Both the position numbers and the translations under genes were made by a program. From Verrucomicrobiota bacterium (GTDB lineage: Bacteria > Verrucomicrobiota > Verrucomicrobiia > Limisphaerales > AAA164-E04): a DNA stretch of 64,000 nt. The notes beneath the pieces were generated by a model, which was given only the letters and a program-made list of their open reading frames with translations, had not been told where the DNA came from and made no database searches. Every line of letters starts with the position of its first letter. Within the stretch, counting starts at the first letter, position 1. The DNA lies in assembly GCA_047947115.1 (NCBI GenBank), contig CP170459.1, positions 928,001-992,000 on the forward strand. The letters run 5' to 3'. Positions 32,748 through 43,611 of the stretch are shown one piece after another.

Positions 32748-33908
32748 ATGCATATCGTCCTGTCATGTTGGAAAAGAACCATCCTGTGCCTGGCGTTTTC
32801 GCAACTCGGATTCGCTTTAACTCACAGGTTACACGCAGATTCGACACACTTTTTCCCTATTGGCATGTATGGTGTGCATCATCCGGAAGACCTTCTCCTC
32901 GTTCATGAGGCCGGATTTAACAGCGTGGTCGGCTCCGCAGACCAGACATTTCTCGATACCGCCCATGAGCTTGGCATAAAAGTCATCGCCTCCCCTGGAT
33001 CTTCTTCCGGTCCTTCCTTCAATGTCAACGCGACAAGGGAGAAGGTAAAATCGCTGGATCACCATCCTGCCCTGTTGAGTTGGTACCTCGTGGATGAACC
33101 TGATATGCAACGCATCCCACCCTGGAAGGTGGAAATGGACCAACGATTACTCAAATCAATTCCCGCCCAAAAACCGGTAAGTCTCGTCCTGTTTCACGGC
33201 ATGCATGTCAAGGACTACGGGGATCTCCCCGACATCCTCATGCTGGATAACTATCCCGTTCCCTGGATGCCCCTGGCCCATTTTGCCCAGCATCTCTATT
33301 GGGCACGCACCTCCATTTCCACACCAAAACCCATCTACGGAGTACTGCAAGCTTTTGACTGGCATTACTTCAAACAGGTGCTTCCCGGGGAAAAGAATCT
33401 ACGGAAACCCACCACCGAGGAAATACGTTGCATGACCTTCATGTCGCTGGCTCAAGGGATGAACGGACTGTTTTACTATACCTATCGCTCGGGCGAATGG
33501 GACATCCGGGAACATCCCGAGTTGTGGGAAGGGCTCAAACAAGTCATCGGTTCCGTCAATGACAACCCATACCTCTTGAACGCCCAACGCAAATGGTGGC
33601 TTCCACGATACGAAATCGATCCGCACGAGCAACGCCGCAGCGCGACACTTGAACCGAGCATTTCGATGACCATGCTCGAAGATGCCGATGGCTTAAACCA
33701 CCTGCTTCTCATCAACACTACCCCAAACAAACTTGCTTTAACGGTAAAACTCCCCGATTCACCCAACAAGTGGGCGCCGGTTTTTGAAGGCAAAGCGCCC
33801 TTTGGAGGCCTGCAACCCAACGTCACTTACAAATTTGCTTTCGAACCATACCAAGTTCGACTCCTTAAGGGTTATGAAATACCAAACTGGTCAAATTGGC
33901 TTGAATAA
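32748..33908 (+). CDS. Secreted glycoside-hydrolase-like (TIM barrel) protein
   Basis: FFPIGMY, AGFNSV, HPALLSWYLVDEP, DNYP, GLFYY. ATG start at 32748 is preferred over the track's 32682. Confidence 0.6.
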   Translation: MHIVLSCWKRTILCLAFSQLGFALTHRLHADSTHFFPIGMYGVHHPEDLLLVHEAGFNSVVGSADQTFLDTAHELGIKVIASPGSSSGPSFNVNATREKVKSLDHHPALLSWYLVDEPDMQRIPPWKVEMDQRLLKSIPAQKPVSLVLFHGMHVKDYGDLPDILMLDNYPVPWMPLAHFAQHLYWARTSISTPKPIYGVLQAFDWHYFKQVLPGEKNLRKPTTEEIRCMTFMSLAQGMNGLFYYTYRSGEWDIREHPELWEGLKQVIGSVNDNPYLLNAQRKWWLPRYEIDPHEQRRSATLEPSISMTMLEDADGLNHLLLINTTPNKLALTVKLPDSPNKWAPVFEGKAPFGGLQPNVTYKFAFEPYQVRLLKGYEIPNWSNWLE

Positions 33909-33956
33909 TGCTGATTTCGGACTAGAGTAGAATCCAATTATAAAAACTGAAATACC

Positions 33957-34820
33957 ATGCGCCCGAATCATTCAAAAACAAGCCGTCTCCGCCACCGCGG
34001 ATCTACCGGATTCACATTGATCGAATTGCTGGTGGTCATCGCCATTATCGCTATCCTTGCAGGAATGCTGTTGCCCGCCCTCAGTAAGGCCAAGGCCAAA
34101 GCAACCGGCATCAAATGCATGAATAACAACAGACAGTTGCTGCTGGCATGGATGTTTTATGCCGATGATAACGAAGATCGAATCACTCACGCATATGGCG
34201 ATGAATATGGTTGGATGTTTGGTGGAAGAGGGGTTATCAGTTACTCTTCCAGCCCTGCCAACTGGGATCCTTCGGTCATTATCGCCAATAGCCCGCTTTT
34301 CAGCTATACGGGTGGCTCTGCCGATATTTTCAAGTGTCCGGCCGATAAATCAACGGTCAGGACAGACGATGGTCGGGTCATGCCCCGCGTTCGCAGTATG
34401 TCCATGAGCTCATGGGCGGGCGGTCACGACGGGAAACATACCTGGTTTGGCGGCCCCGAATGGCGCATGTATCTGAAAACTTCCGATTTCGTCGATCCGG
34501 GCGCCAGCCAGACCTGGATATTCATCGATGAACGTGAGGATAGCATCAACGACGGATTCTGGGTTACCCAGATGCCCGGATATCCGGATCCTTCCACAAC
34601 CAAAATCACTGACTATCCCGCCAGCTACCACAACGGAGCAGCTGGAATTTCTTTTGCAGATGGTCACGCAGAGATCAAACGCTGGACAGATCCCCGCACT
34701 GTTCCAACTTTGGAAAAGAACGGTAATATTCCTTTGAATGTGCCTTCACCCAACAACAAGGACATTATCTGGATACAGGACCGCACAACACGACCAGTCA
34801 ATGGTTCCATCATCCGATAG
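33957..34820 (+). CDS. Prepilin-type cleavage/methylation protein with H-X9-DG domain
   Basis: [46 protein letters not shown]. Confidence 0.92.
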   Translation: MRPNHSKTSRLRHRGSTGFTLIELLVVIAIIAILAGMLLPALSKAKAKATGIKCMNNNRQLLLAWMFYADDNEDRITHAYGDEYGWMFGGRGVISYSSSPANWDPSVIIANSPLFSYTGGSADIFKCPADKSTVRTDDGRVMPRVRSMSMSSWAGGHDGKHTWFGGPEWRMYLKTSDFVDPGASQTWIFIDEREDSINDGFWVTQMPGYPDPSTTKITDYPASYHNGAAGISFADGHAEIKRWTDPRTVPTLEKNGNIPLNVPSPNNKDIIWIQDRTTRPVNGSIIR

Positions 34821-34849
34821 AACCGAAACTTGAGTAACATACAGTTTTC

Positions 34850-34882
34850 AACGCCTCATGGAAATACACCATGGGGCGTTTT
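34850..34882 (+). terminator. Probable Rho-independent terminator
   Basis: AACGCCTCATGG-aaataca-CCATGGGGCGTT followed by TT. Confidence 0.7.
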
Positions 34883-34886
34883 CAGT

Positions 34887-35010
34887 TATAACGTTTGCCA
34901 AAAGTAATTTCATAAAAAACTCTGCGTCACTGCGTCCCTAGCGCAGCGGGCGTGAGAATAAGAAGCATCAGCGAGCCCCTTATGCGCAAAGACTTTTGGC
35001 AATCAGTATA
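34887..35010. repeat. MITE-like element with terminal inverted repeats
   Basis: Left end TATAACGTTTGCCAAAAGT; right end (reverse complement) TATACTGATTGCCAAAAGT; TATA at both ends; GC-rich CTCTGCGTCACTGCG core. Confidence 0.55.
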
Positions 35011-35032
35011 ATAAGAAGCAATTTTAAAACCC

Positions 35033-36337
35033 ATGAAACCACAACCCGCTTTTAGAGTGAATCATGCAGCCCGAACATGGCTGGTCATCGGTGTCCTCCT
35101 CCAGATTGCTTTCGGATTTGATATCCTGGTGGACCGACTAATCGGTGACACCTCCAACCCGGTGGCCCGGACTGAAATCAATCCCGACTTTCATTACATC
35201 GACACCAGCTTCGAAAATGCATCCCCGATATGGTACGAACTGGATGACCAAGGTCGTGTTCTAGTCCACCTCACCTATGATCTTGAACGGGAAAGCCCCA
35301 ATAGGGCCAACGGTCATTGGCACTTCAACCTCCAGGCAACAAAAGGCTCCAGACACACCATCGTTCTGAACAATCTCAACAATGTCTGGAACGGCAAACC
35401 CGGTGTGCCGGTGTCAAACAGAACCATCTGCAAAGTGTCCGAGAATGGAAAAGACTGGCAAACCATCGAAACACACATCGAGAACGACGATCAACTGGTG
35501 TTCGAAGTGGAAATGCCGGAAAGCCACCTGTTCATCGCCCACGTTGAACCTTACCGCATCAGTGACCTCGAAGCACTCAAGCGGGAGATCGTGGATCATC
35601 CACTGGTCGACATTCATGAAATCGGATCAACGGTGCAGGGTCGCTTGCTGGAGATCATCCGGATAGGAAAAGACGATGCACCCAACCGTGTTTTTTTGCG
35701 AGGCAGGGCACATCCGTGGGAACCGGGCGGTAACTGGGTGATCCAGGGCTTGATCAAATCGCTGCTCAAGGAAAACAGCGAAAACCAAACCTACCTGAAT
35801 CAATACGCCGTCTACATCCTCCCCATGGCCAACAAAGACGGAGTGGCCGCAGGCAAAACCCGTTTCAACATGATGGGCATGGACCTGAACCGCAAGTGGG
35901 ACAAACCCGCTGATCCGGTCCTCTGCCCTGAAAATCATTACCTTGAAAATTGGTTTCAAAAGATGATCAATCGAGGAACCCCGATCCATATGGCCATGGA
36001 TTTGCACAACGACCAAAGCGGCCGCATCCACGTCAGCCGACCGAACATCGATCTCGACGCCTATCTGGAACGTTTGAGGCGTTACGAAACCTTGATGCGA
36101 CAACACACCTGGTTCACCGAAGGAAGCACCGGTGGCAGTTTCCGAAATCCGGGCACCATCGGTGAAGGCCTCCTCGAGCGTTATGGCATCACCGCGTTCG
36201 TACAGGAACTGAACGCCAACTGGATCGAAGGCTTGCAACAACACACCAGCGGCAAAAACTGGGAACTGCTCGGCTCACAAATGCGTCGTGTCTTCTTCGA
36301 ATTCTTTTTAGCGGAATCAACCACATCCGAACCTTGA
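35033..36337 (+). CDS. M14 family zinc carboxypeptidase
   Basis: GRAHPWE (HxxE), PMANKDGV, DLNRKW, DLHND. Confidence 0.88.
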   Translation: MKPQPAFRVNHAARTWLVIGVLLQIAFGFDILVDRLIGDTSNPVARTEINPDFHYIDTSFENASPIWYELDDQGRVLVHLTYDLERESPNRANGHWHFNLQATKGSRHTIVLNNLNNVWNGKPGVPVSNRTICKVSENGKDWQTIETHIENDDQLVFEVEMPESHLFIAHVEPYRISDLEALKREIVDHPLVDIHEIGSTVQGRLLEIIRIGKDDAPNRVFLRGRAHPWEPGGNWVIQGLIKSLLKENSENQTYLNQYAVYILPMANKDGVAAGKTRFNMMGMDLNRKWDKPADPVLCPENHYLENWFQKMINRGTPIHMAMDLHNDQSGRIHVSRPNIDLDAYLERLRRYETLMRQHTWFTEGSTGGSFRNPGTIGEGLLERYGITAFVQELNANWIEGLQQHTSGKNWELLGSQMRRVFFEFFLAESTTSEP

Positions 36338-36368
36338 TCATGTTTTACCCCCAACGCTAAACGATAAT

Positions 36369-37112
36369 ATGATGAGCCACGCAATGTACATTCGATCGAT
36401 TTCGATCGGATGCCTGATCTGGATCATGGGAACCACCGGAATCCGATCTGAAACCACGACCGCCGCCGATCCGCAAACCTATCTTCAGGACGTTTGCACA
36501 CAACTGGAAAAAAAATGGCCTGAAAACCGAACGATACGTATTGTCTGCCACGGTCATAGCGTACCGGCAGGTTTCTTCAAAACCCCGGTTGTCGACACCT
36601 TCAACGCCTACCCGCATCTGTTGCATGTGGGATTGAAAAAGCGATTCCCATATGCAGTGATTGAAGTCATTGTGACAGCCATCGGCGGAGAGAACTCAAT
36701 GAGTGGAGAAATGCGCTTCAAGGAAGAAGTGCTGGCACTGAAACCGGATGTGTTGCTGATCGATTATGCGTTGAATGATCGGGGCATGGGGCTTGAAAAA
36801 GCGAAAACAGCGTGGACCTCCATGATCCTTCAGGCAAAGGAACAGGGAGTGAAAACGATCTTGCTCACACCAACCGCCGACACACGCTCTGACATATCAA
36901 ATCCGGAAGATCCCTTGAATCAACACGCACAACAAGTGCGGGAACTCGCTTCGGAACACCGGGTAGGAATCGTTGATAGTTCTGCGTTGTTTCAGGCATA
37001 TGTGAACGAAGGCAAACCCCTCGCAGACCTCATGTCGCAGATCAATCACCCCAATCGTAAAGGACATGATCTTGTCGCGGATGCCTTGTTAGAATGGTTT
37101 CCAGAACCATAA
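36369..37112 (+). CDS. SGNH/GDSL hydrolase
   Basis: CHGHSVPAG block I, DYALNDR block III, INHPN block V. Confidence 0.85.
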   Translation: MMSHAMYIRSISIGCLIWIMGTTGIRSETTTAADPQTYLQDVCTQLEKKWPENRTIRIVCHGHSVPAGFFKTPVVDTFNAYPHLLHVGLKKRFPYAVIEVIVTAIGGENSMSGEMRFKEEVLALKPDVLLIDYALNDRGMGLEKAKTAWTSMILQAKEQGVKTILLTPTADTRSDISNPEDPLNQHAQQVRELASEHRVGIVDSSALFQAYVNEGKPLADLMSQINHPNRKGHDLVADALLEWFPEP

Positions 37113-37152
37113 AAGGTTGATTTTACAAACGTCTCTCTTTTTAGATGAAGGC

Positions 37153-38604
37153 ATGTCCCGATCTCGATTCATCTCTAGTCTGACGTGTCTTGCCGGATTC
37201 ATTCTTGGATGGTACTGCCCGAAGGCTGCATCACCTGAGAGTGAAGGTTCGTCACGGCCCAACTTTCTGATCTTCATCGCGGATGATCACGGCATGGGAG
37301 ACCTGGGATGCTACGGAAACCCAGCCGTCAACACACCAAACATCGATCGCCTGGCATCCGAAGGCATGCGCTTTGATCGAGCCTTTCTGACCATCTCCAG
37401 CTGCAGCCCCAGCCGTTGCAGCATCCTGACCGGACGCTACCCGCACAACACGGGTGCCGAGGATCTCCACATGCCCTTGCCCGCCGATCAAAGCACCGTT
37501 GCAAGTTACCTGGGAACGGAAGGCTATGAATGTGTATCGGTAGGCAAATGGCATCTGGGCAGCAATGAAAAACGTCATTGGACCAAAGTGATCGAATGCC
37601 AGGCAGAAGTGATGGACCAACGATCCATCGAAGTCATCGAATCACGCGATCTGAACAAACCGTTTTTTTATTGGTTTGCCTCCATTGATCCTCACCGGGG
37701 ATACCAGAAAGGAGCCATCGAAGCACCGCACGATCCTGATAAAGTGGTCGTGCCACCCTACCTCCCCGACCACCCAAAAATCCGCAAAGAACTCGCGCTT
37801 TATTACGATGAAATTTCACGCTTTGATCAACACATCGGTCGCATCCGCGCCGCACTCGAAAAACAGGGTGTCTGGAACAATACCTTCGTGGTTTACCTGA
37901 GCGACAACGGCATGCCCTTTCCCCGCGCCAAAACAACCCTGTACGACAGCGGCATTCGCACCCCGTTCATCGCCCGATGGCCCGAGAATATCCCCGCTGG
38001 ATCCGCCACCGACAGATTGATCAGCACTGTGGATTTGATTCCCACTGTGCTCGATCTGGCGAACGTTTCTGCCGACACGTTGCAGGGAAAGAGTTTTGCA
38101 AGTGTACTGGCAAATCCCAAAGCAGAACACCGTGACCTGATCTTTGCCGAAGCAAACTGGCACGACTTTGAACATTTCACCCGCACCGTGCGAAGCGAGC
38201 ATTTCAAACTCATCCGGCACTATTATTGGGACACACCTCTTTGGAATTCCGTAGACTCCATCAACAGCATCACCTGGCAAGGCATGCTGGAAGCGCGCGA
38301 GAAAAACTTGCTCACTCCGGCACAGGCGTTCCTGTTTGAACCCGTCCGTCCTTATGAAGAATTTTTCGTGATGGACGCTGATCCGGATGAACTGACCAAC
38401 CAGATTGAAATCAGAGCCTGGCAATCAGAAATCAACAAACTACGTACCGCACTGGACGAATGGCGCATTGAAACCCAGGATCACCTTCCAGAAAAACGAC
38501 GGCTGGATGGCTGGACACGCGACGGCATTCCCCTCCCCCACAACCAACCCTGGTACGACCGTTACATACAACAAGGCCGGAAAAATTCATTCGAAAAGTT
38601 CTAA
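37153..38604 (+). CDS. Formylglycine-dependent sulfatase
   Basis: RPNFLIFIADD, CSPSRCSILTG (CxPxR), GKWHLG, DPHR, SDNG. Confidence 0.95.
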   Translation: MSRSRFISSLTCLAGFILGWYCPKAASPESEGSSRPNFLIFIADDHGMGDLGCYGNPAVNTPNIDRLASEGMRFDRAFLTISSCSPSRCSILTGRYPHNTGAEDLHMPLPADQSTVASYLGTEGYECVSVGKWHLGSNEKRHWTKVIECQAEVMDQRSIEVIESRDLNKPFFYWFASIDPHRGYQKGAIEAPHDPDKVVVPPYLPDHPKIRKELALYYDEISRFDQHIGRIRAALEKQGVWNNTFVVYLSDNGMPFPRAKTTLYDSGIRTPFIARWPENIPAGSATDRLISTVDLIPTVLDLANVSADTLQGKSFASVLANPKAEHRDLIFAEANWHDFEHFTRTVRSEHFKLIRHYYWDTPLWNSVDSINSITWQGMLEAREKNLLTPAQAFLFEPVRPYEEFFVMDADPDELTNQIEIRAWQSEINKLRTALDEWRIETQDHLPEKRRLDGWTRDGIPLPHNQPWYDRYIQQGRKNSFEKF

Positions 38605-38880
38605 GCATTTCTGACCTCGGTTGGGCAAGTTTGAGTTCGGATCATGGGTGAGAGCATGGAACGGGAATCAGCTTACCATAACGTTTCCCTGTATTACCCA
38701 AAGCGGTGCCAAGTCACCACAGTCCAAAACTGCCTCAGCATTCAATCACAACAAAACCTCGCCCGTCTAAAGCAATCCACTATTCCAAATCCACCATTTC
38801 AAAGCTGGGCTTTTGCCCGCGGATTTAATCCTTGTTTCCAAATCCACTGGGAATTATACCATCCAGCAAAGGATTACCAC

Positions 38881-39669
38881 ATGAATACCGGAACACTAGC
38901 CAGGAAAAGAATCCTGCATACCGCCTTTACCCTGATCGAACTGCTTGTCGTCATCGCGATCATCGCGATTTTGGCTGGCATGCTGTTACCCGCCCTGTCA
39001 AGAGCCAAGGAAAAAGGCAAACAAACCAAATGCCTGAGCAACATGCGCAATGTCGGACTTTCGTTGCAAATGTACTTGGTGGATTACAACAAATACCCCG
39101 GCCATTATTATGTGCCTAATGGCGAAATCGTTTATCCTCCCCGCTTGTTGCCCGGCGTTTCAAGCAACCTTCAGGTCTGGAATTGCCCGACCGAAAATCC
39201 AAGATTCTACTACACCAACCGGGTCAACCAAGCGACAGGTGCTGAGTTGGGTCCCTTAAAACTAACCCCCAACACAGGATTCTGCTACGGCTACAACGAT
39301 TGGGGCGGTATCAACGAATTTGTAAAACCATATCAAGGCTTGGGAGCCGATCTTCAACCTAATGGCAACGAACCTTGGAACCGCGAACCCGTGGAATCCC
39401 ATGTGAAGGCTCCCGCCGACATGATCGTGATCGCCGACAGTCGTTCGGACGCACGCTGGGATTCAGCCATCGATCCCGCCGACAGGGCGGCCGCCGGGGA
39501 AGAGGCCGCCGAATGGCCTTCAAGCCGTCACAGTGGTGGAGCTAATTTCAGCTTCTCTGATGGACACGCGGAATACGGGGCTCAGGAAAAGATGGTGTCC
39601 AGAGCTCCCGAAATTCGACGGCGCTGGAACGCCGACAATCAACCGCATCTGGATCAATCCCCAAATTAA
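38881..39669 (+). CDS. Prepilin-type cleavage/methylation protein with H-X9-DG domain
   Basis: [44 protein letters not shown]. Start at 38881. Confidence 0.9.
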   Translation: MNTGTLARKRILHTAFTLIELLVVIAIIAILAGMLLPALSRAKEKGKQTKCLSNMRNVGLSLQMYLVDYNKYPGHYYVPNGEIVYPPRLLPGVSSNLQVWNCPTENPRFYYTNRVNQATGAELGPLKLTPNTGFCYGYNDWGGINEFVKPYQGLGADLQPNGNEPWNREPVESHVKAPADMIVIADSRSDARWDSAIDPADRAAAGEEAAEWPSSRHSGGANFSFSDGHAEYGAQEKMVSRAPEIRRRWNADNQPHLDQSPN

Positions 39670-39690
39670 GCATTGTTTTCACTTTATAGC

Positions 39691-39730
39691 AAAACGCCGG
39701 ACGGATTATCCGTCCGGCGTTTACTTTTTT
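39691..39730. terminator. Bidirectional terminator between the prepilin gene and hemH
   Basis: AAAACGCCGGACGGA-tta-TCCGTCCGGCGTTT between convergent genes. Confidence 0.85.
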
Positions 39731-39824
39731 AAAACAGGAGGGACGAGTTCCATCCTCGTTCCCAAACTTCACCCTAATATGGCTCCCCAACCAATAAAAG
39801 TGGAACGCGGGATATCACCAGTAA

Positions 39825-40856
39825 TCAATGTGCTTCGGACTGTTCTTTCCAATCCTTGACCATGCGTTCCAAGGTATCCACCCAGAAAGGATGCTCGTTC
39901 AGACAAGGAATCAATTGAAGTGATTCCCCGCCGGCCGATTCGAAAGATTCTTTTCCGCGAATACCGATTTCCTCGATTGTTTCCAGACAATCGGACACGA
40001 AGGCCGGGCACACCACCAGGAGCCGCTTGACCCCTTCCTTGGCGAAGCGTTCGAGTTCGTAATCCGTATAGGGTTTCAACCAGGGATCACGGCCAAGTCT
40101 GGATTGAAAGGAAATCGCATATTGTTCCGGTTTCAAACCGAGCGTTCCCACCACTGCATCGGTGGTTTTGAAACACTGCGCTCGATAACAAAAATCATGC
40201 GCCGGATGACATCCTTCACAACAATCCGGTTTCGACAAGCAGTGGGAACCGGTCGGATCGGACTTGCGCAGATGCCGCTCGGGTATCCCGTGGTAACTGA
40301 ACAGCAATTTGTCAAAAGGCTCTTTCAGATGTGGCCTGATGGATTCGACCAATGCATCCACATAATCCGCATCCTCAAAATAAGGAGGCTGCGTCGTCAA
40401 ACGCATACCAGGATGATTCTGAGCCACCAATTCCTTTACGCGTTCGACGGCTGTCTCAAAGCTGCTCATGGCGTAGTGCGGAAACAATGGAATCATGAAC
40501 AGATCCGTCACCCCCTGATCGCCCAACTTGGCAAGCGCGGATTCGATGGAAGGGTTCTGATAGCGCATGGCCAATTCCACAGGCTCCTCCAACTTTTCCT
40601 GCAACAAGGCCTGCACCTTCCGGCTGGTCACCACCAAAGGCGAGCCATCCTTGGTCCAGACACTTTCGTAAGCTTCGGCGGATTCCTTCGGACGTTTGGG
40701 CAGGATCAACACATTGACCACAAACCAACGAATCGGCCAGGGTGCATCGAGAACGCGCCCGTCCATTAAAAATTCCCGCAAATACTTGCGAACGTCGGAA
40801 ACAGAAGTGGAATCGGGCGACCCCAAGTTCACCAATAAGACACCCTTTTTACTCAT
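39825..40856 (-). CDS. hemH: Ferrochelatase with internal Cys-rich insertion
   Basis: LLVNLGSP, AMRY, FSYHGIP, FQSRLGRDPWLKP, FVSDCLETIEE; CX5CCX9C insertion. Confidence 0.96.
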   Translation of the reverse strand: MSKKGVLLVNLGSPDSTSVSDVRKYLREFLMDGRVLDAPWPIRWFVVNVLILPKRPKESAEAYESVWTKDGSPLVVTSRKVQALLQEKLEEPVELAMRYQNPSIESALAKLGDQGVTDLFMIPLFPHYAMSSFETAVERVKELVAQNHPGMRLTTQPPYFEDADYVDALVESIRPHLKEPFDKLLFSYHGIPERHLRKSDPTGSHCLSKPDCCEGCHPAHDFCYRAQCFKTTDAVVGTLGLKPEQYAISFQSRLGRDPWLKPYTDYELERFAKEGVKRLLVVCPAFVSDCLETIEEIGIRGKESFESAGGESLQLIPCLNEHPFWVDTLERMVKDWKEQSEAH

Positions 40857-42247
40857 GATTTATTTAGAAATTGATCGATGCGCTCAGCCACATCCATTCC
40901 AGCCAACAGCGAATCACTGAGGGAAATTCCGTTGCGATAGTGCCCCGCAAAAAACAACCCACTGTGATCTTTCTCCAATCGATCAAACAGATCTTTGTGT
41001 TTACCATAACCCACCACGTATTGTGGAATGGCGTGACGATAGACACGTCGATTGACAAAAGCGGGCTTGCCCTTCAAACCAAGTAGAACTTCCAGATCCT
41101 CCAGAACAAGCCGATCGATTTCCTCCTCGGGCAAGAGCGCATTATGAGGAGCGCGCATGCCACCAATGTAGCTGGTCAAAGTGACATGTCCTTCGGGAGC
41201 TCTCCCCGCAAACAGGGAGGAGGTAAAAATGGTCCCCAAGGCATTCCGCTTCTCCACCTCGGGAACGAGCATGCCAAATCCATCGAGAGGATGAGCGATC
41301 TGATCCCTTTTGAAACCCATGACAATACTGGCCACCGGTGGATAGATGATTTCCCTCAACTGCGAAAGATCGATCGTCGACGCATCTTTGAACGTGAGAT
41401 CCGTCATCTTGTAAGTGGGAAGGGCAGGCAAGACGGCATCGAAAGACTTGGATCCATCCGGTCCCAAAATTTTCCATTGATGATTTCCTGACCGCTCAAC
41501 ACCATGCACAGACGATGACAGGCAAAGCGAACTCTCCACAGATTGCCCAAGCCCGTCAATCAACACCTGCAGCCCATGATCAAAGGAAACCATCTTGGCT
41601 TTGTCCTTGGATACCGTCCCTCGCTTCTTACGCTCGCGCGCCCCAAGAATCTGACCCTTCATCATGGAACCATACTTTTGTTCCAGCGCGTATAACTTGG
41701 GGAAAGCATGTTGAACGGAAAGTCTTTCCGGATCCCCGGCATACACCCCGGCGACAAACGGGTTGATCGCATAATCCAGAAACTCCCTCCCCAATCGGCG
41801 GAAGACAAACTCAGCCAGACTCTCCTCTTTATCCGCAGGGCATCGCGGAATGAATGGTTCCTTGAGCAGGCCAAGTTTCGTGCTCAGCGAGAAGAGTTTG
41901 GTAGTGAGGAATTGCCCGGGCGAAAGCGGCATCGCAACAGGCTTGGCGCCTTTCACGATGTATCGGTTTTTCATCTCCGGATTGGCATATCGCTTTCGGT
42001 CTTCCAGACCCAGTTCGCGGATCAATTCACCAATCCTTGGACTCGTCTCCAGCAGCGTGTTGGGACCGCATTCGGCAAGGTATCCATCCTGGCGAACGGT
42101 TTGGATAACGCCGCCGATGCGATTGGAAGATTCAAAAATACTCGCCTGATGTCCCAGCGCCCGAAGACGATGCGCCGCTGCCAGCCCCGTCACGCCCGCT
42201 CCGATGATGGCAATGGATTTTTGCTGGTTGCCCATGACCTTGTTCAA
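40853..42247 (-). CDS. hemY: FAD-dependent protoporphyrinogen oxidase (HemY type)
   Basis: IIGAGVTGLAAA, RIGG, ECGPN, GVYAGDP, GFGMLVP, AIPQY. Confidence 0.92.
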   Translation of the reverse strand: MNKVMGNQQKSIAIIGAGVTGLAAAHRLRALGHQASIFESSNRIGGVIQTVRQDGYLAECGPNTLLETSPRIGELIRELGLEDRKRYANPEMKNRYIVKGAKPVAMPLSPGQFLTTKLFSLSTKLGLLKEPFIPRCPADKEESLAEFVFRRLGREFLDYAINPFVAGVYAGDPERLSVQHAFPKLYALEQKYGSMMKGQILGARERKKRGTVSKDKAKMVSFDHGLQVLIDGLGQSVESSLCLSSSVHGVERSGNHQWKILGPDGSKSFDAVLPALPTYKMTDLTFKDASTIDLSQLREIIYPPVASIVMGFKRDQIAHPLDGFGMLVPEVEKRNALGTIFTSSLFAGRAPEGHVTLTSYIGGMRAPHNALLPEEEIDRLVLEDLEVLLGLKGKPAFVNRRVYRHAIPQYVVGYGKHKDLFDRLEKDHSGLFFAGHYRNGISLSDSLLAGMDVAERIDQFLNKS

Positions 42248-43611
42248 ATTGTTTTGGAAAAACGACCTTCTTTGCGCTCGGCCTGATAGGCATCAAACCG
42301 CATGGCAATATTGCGAATCAACAACCTCCCCAACTCTGTCACCACCAGACCGGATGAGGTTTTTTCAATCAGCCCGTCCGCTTCCATATCCTCCAATGAA
42401 GCGAGTTCCTGCTCATAATGCGAAGAAAAATCAAGATCCAACAACTCCGACATGTGCGCGTAATCCAGCTCAAGATCACACATGAGCCGCATGATGGTGC
42501 GTCGTCGCAGGTGATCTTCAGGTGTCAGAATGTAACCTCGGTGAATCGGCAGATTTCCAGCCTCGACCGAAGCGGTGTATTCGGGCAGCTCCTTTAAATT
42601 CTGCCAATACGCATCCTGAGACTGAGAAATGGACGACATGCCAAACGCATATATGTCCACCCCTCCACGCGTGCTGTAACCTTGGAAATTGCGCTGAAGC
42701 GTCTTGTTGCGCTGGGCGATTCTCAACTCATCGTTTTCCTTGGCAAAGTGGTCCATGCCAATGTAGGCATAACCCTCCGCTGTCAGTTTTTCAATGGTCA
42801 GCTTGAGCAACTGAAGTTTGGTTTCCGGAGTCGGAAGTTCCATCCGATCCTGAAGGATTTTCTGAGCGGGTTTGATCCAGGGTACATGAGCGTAACTGAA
42901 AACCGCCAATCGATCCGGCTGCAACTTCAAGGTGTCTTCCAATGTCTTTTCAAAGGATGCAACGGTCTGGTGAGGCAACCCGTATATCAAATCCACATTC
43001 AAGGACTGAAAATCACACTCACGCAGCCAATCGATCGCCTGCTTGGTCATCTCATAAGGCTGAATGCGATGAACCGCTTTCTGAACCTCAGGATTGTGAT
43101 CCTGAACACCCATGGAGGCGCGATTGAATCCGGCTTCCTTCAACGCCTCGATCGTATCGCGTGTAATGCGTCTTGGATCAATCTCGGCTCCGGCTTCCAC
43201 TTTGTCGGAGATGGTGAAGCGTTTTCGAATGTTATCTCCCAATTTTCGAATCTCGTCGGGGTGTAAAAAGGTAGGTGTGCCTCCCCCCAAATGCACCTGG
43301 ACCACCTTTCGCTTTGAGTTGAGATGCTCCTTCATCAGGTCCATCTCACGATCAATCAGCTTGAGATAACCCTCACTCCGGGAGTGATCCGTGGTAATCA
43401 CAGTTGTGCAGCCGCAAAACCAACACAAAGACTCGCAAAATGGTAAATGGTAATAGAGTGAAAGATCACGCTGCGTTTCGTTGTTGCGACGGATGCTTTC
43501 CATCAACGCGTCCTTGTCCACTTCATCCGTAAAATGCGTGGCGGGCGGATACGATGTATATCGCGGTCCGGGAACGTTGTATTTCCGAATCAGATCGAGA
43601 TCTACTTTCAT
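42244..43611 (-). CDS. hemN: Oxygen-independent coproporphyrinogen III dehydrogenase (radical SAM)
   Basis: GPRYTSYP, CESLCWFC, GGGTP, RNFQGY. Confidence 0.97.
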   Translation of the reverse strand: MKVDLDLIRKYNVPGPRYTSYPPATHFTDEVDKDALMESIRRNNETQRDLSLYYHLPFCESLCWFCGCTTVITTDHSRSEGYLKLIDREMDLMKEHLNSKRKVVQVHLGGGTPTFLHPDEIRKLGDNIRKRFTISDKVEAGAEIDPRRITRDTIEALKEAGFNRASMGVQDHNPEVQKAVHRIQPYEMTKQAIDWLRECDFQSLNVDLIYGLPHQTVASFEKTLEDTLKLQPDRLAVFSYAHVPWIKPAQKILQDRMELPTPETKLQLLKLTIEKLTAEGYAYIGMDHFAKENDELRIAQRNKTLQRNFQGYSTRGGVDIYAFGMSSISQSQDAYWQNLKELPEYTASVEAGNLPIHRGYILTPEDHLRRRTIMRLMCDLELDYAHMSELLDLDFSSHYEQELASLEDMEADGLIEKTSSGLVVTELGRLLIRNIAMRFDAYQAERKEGRFSKTI

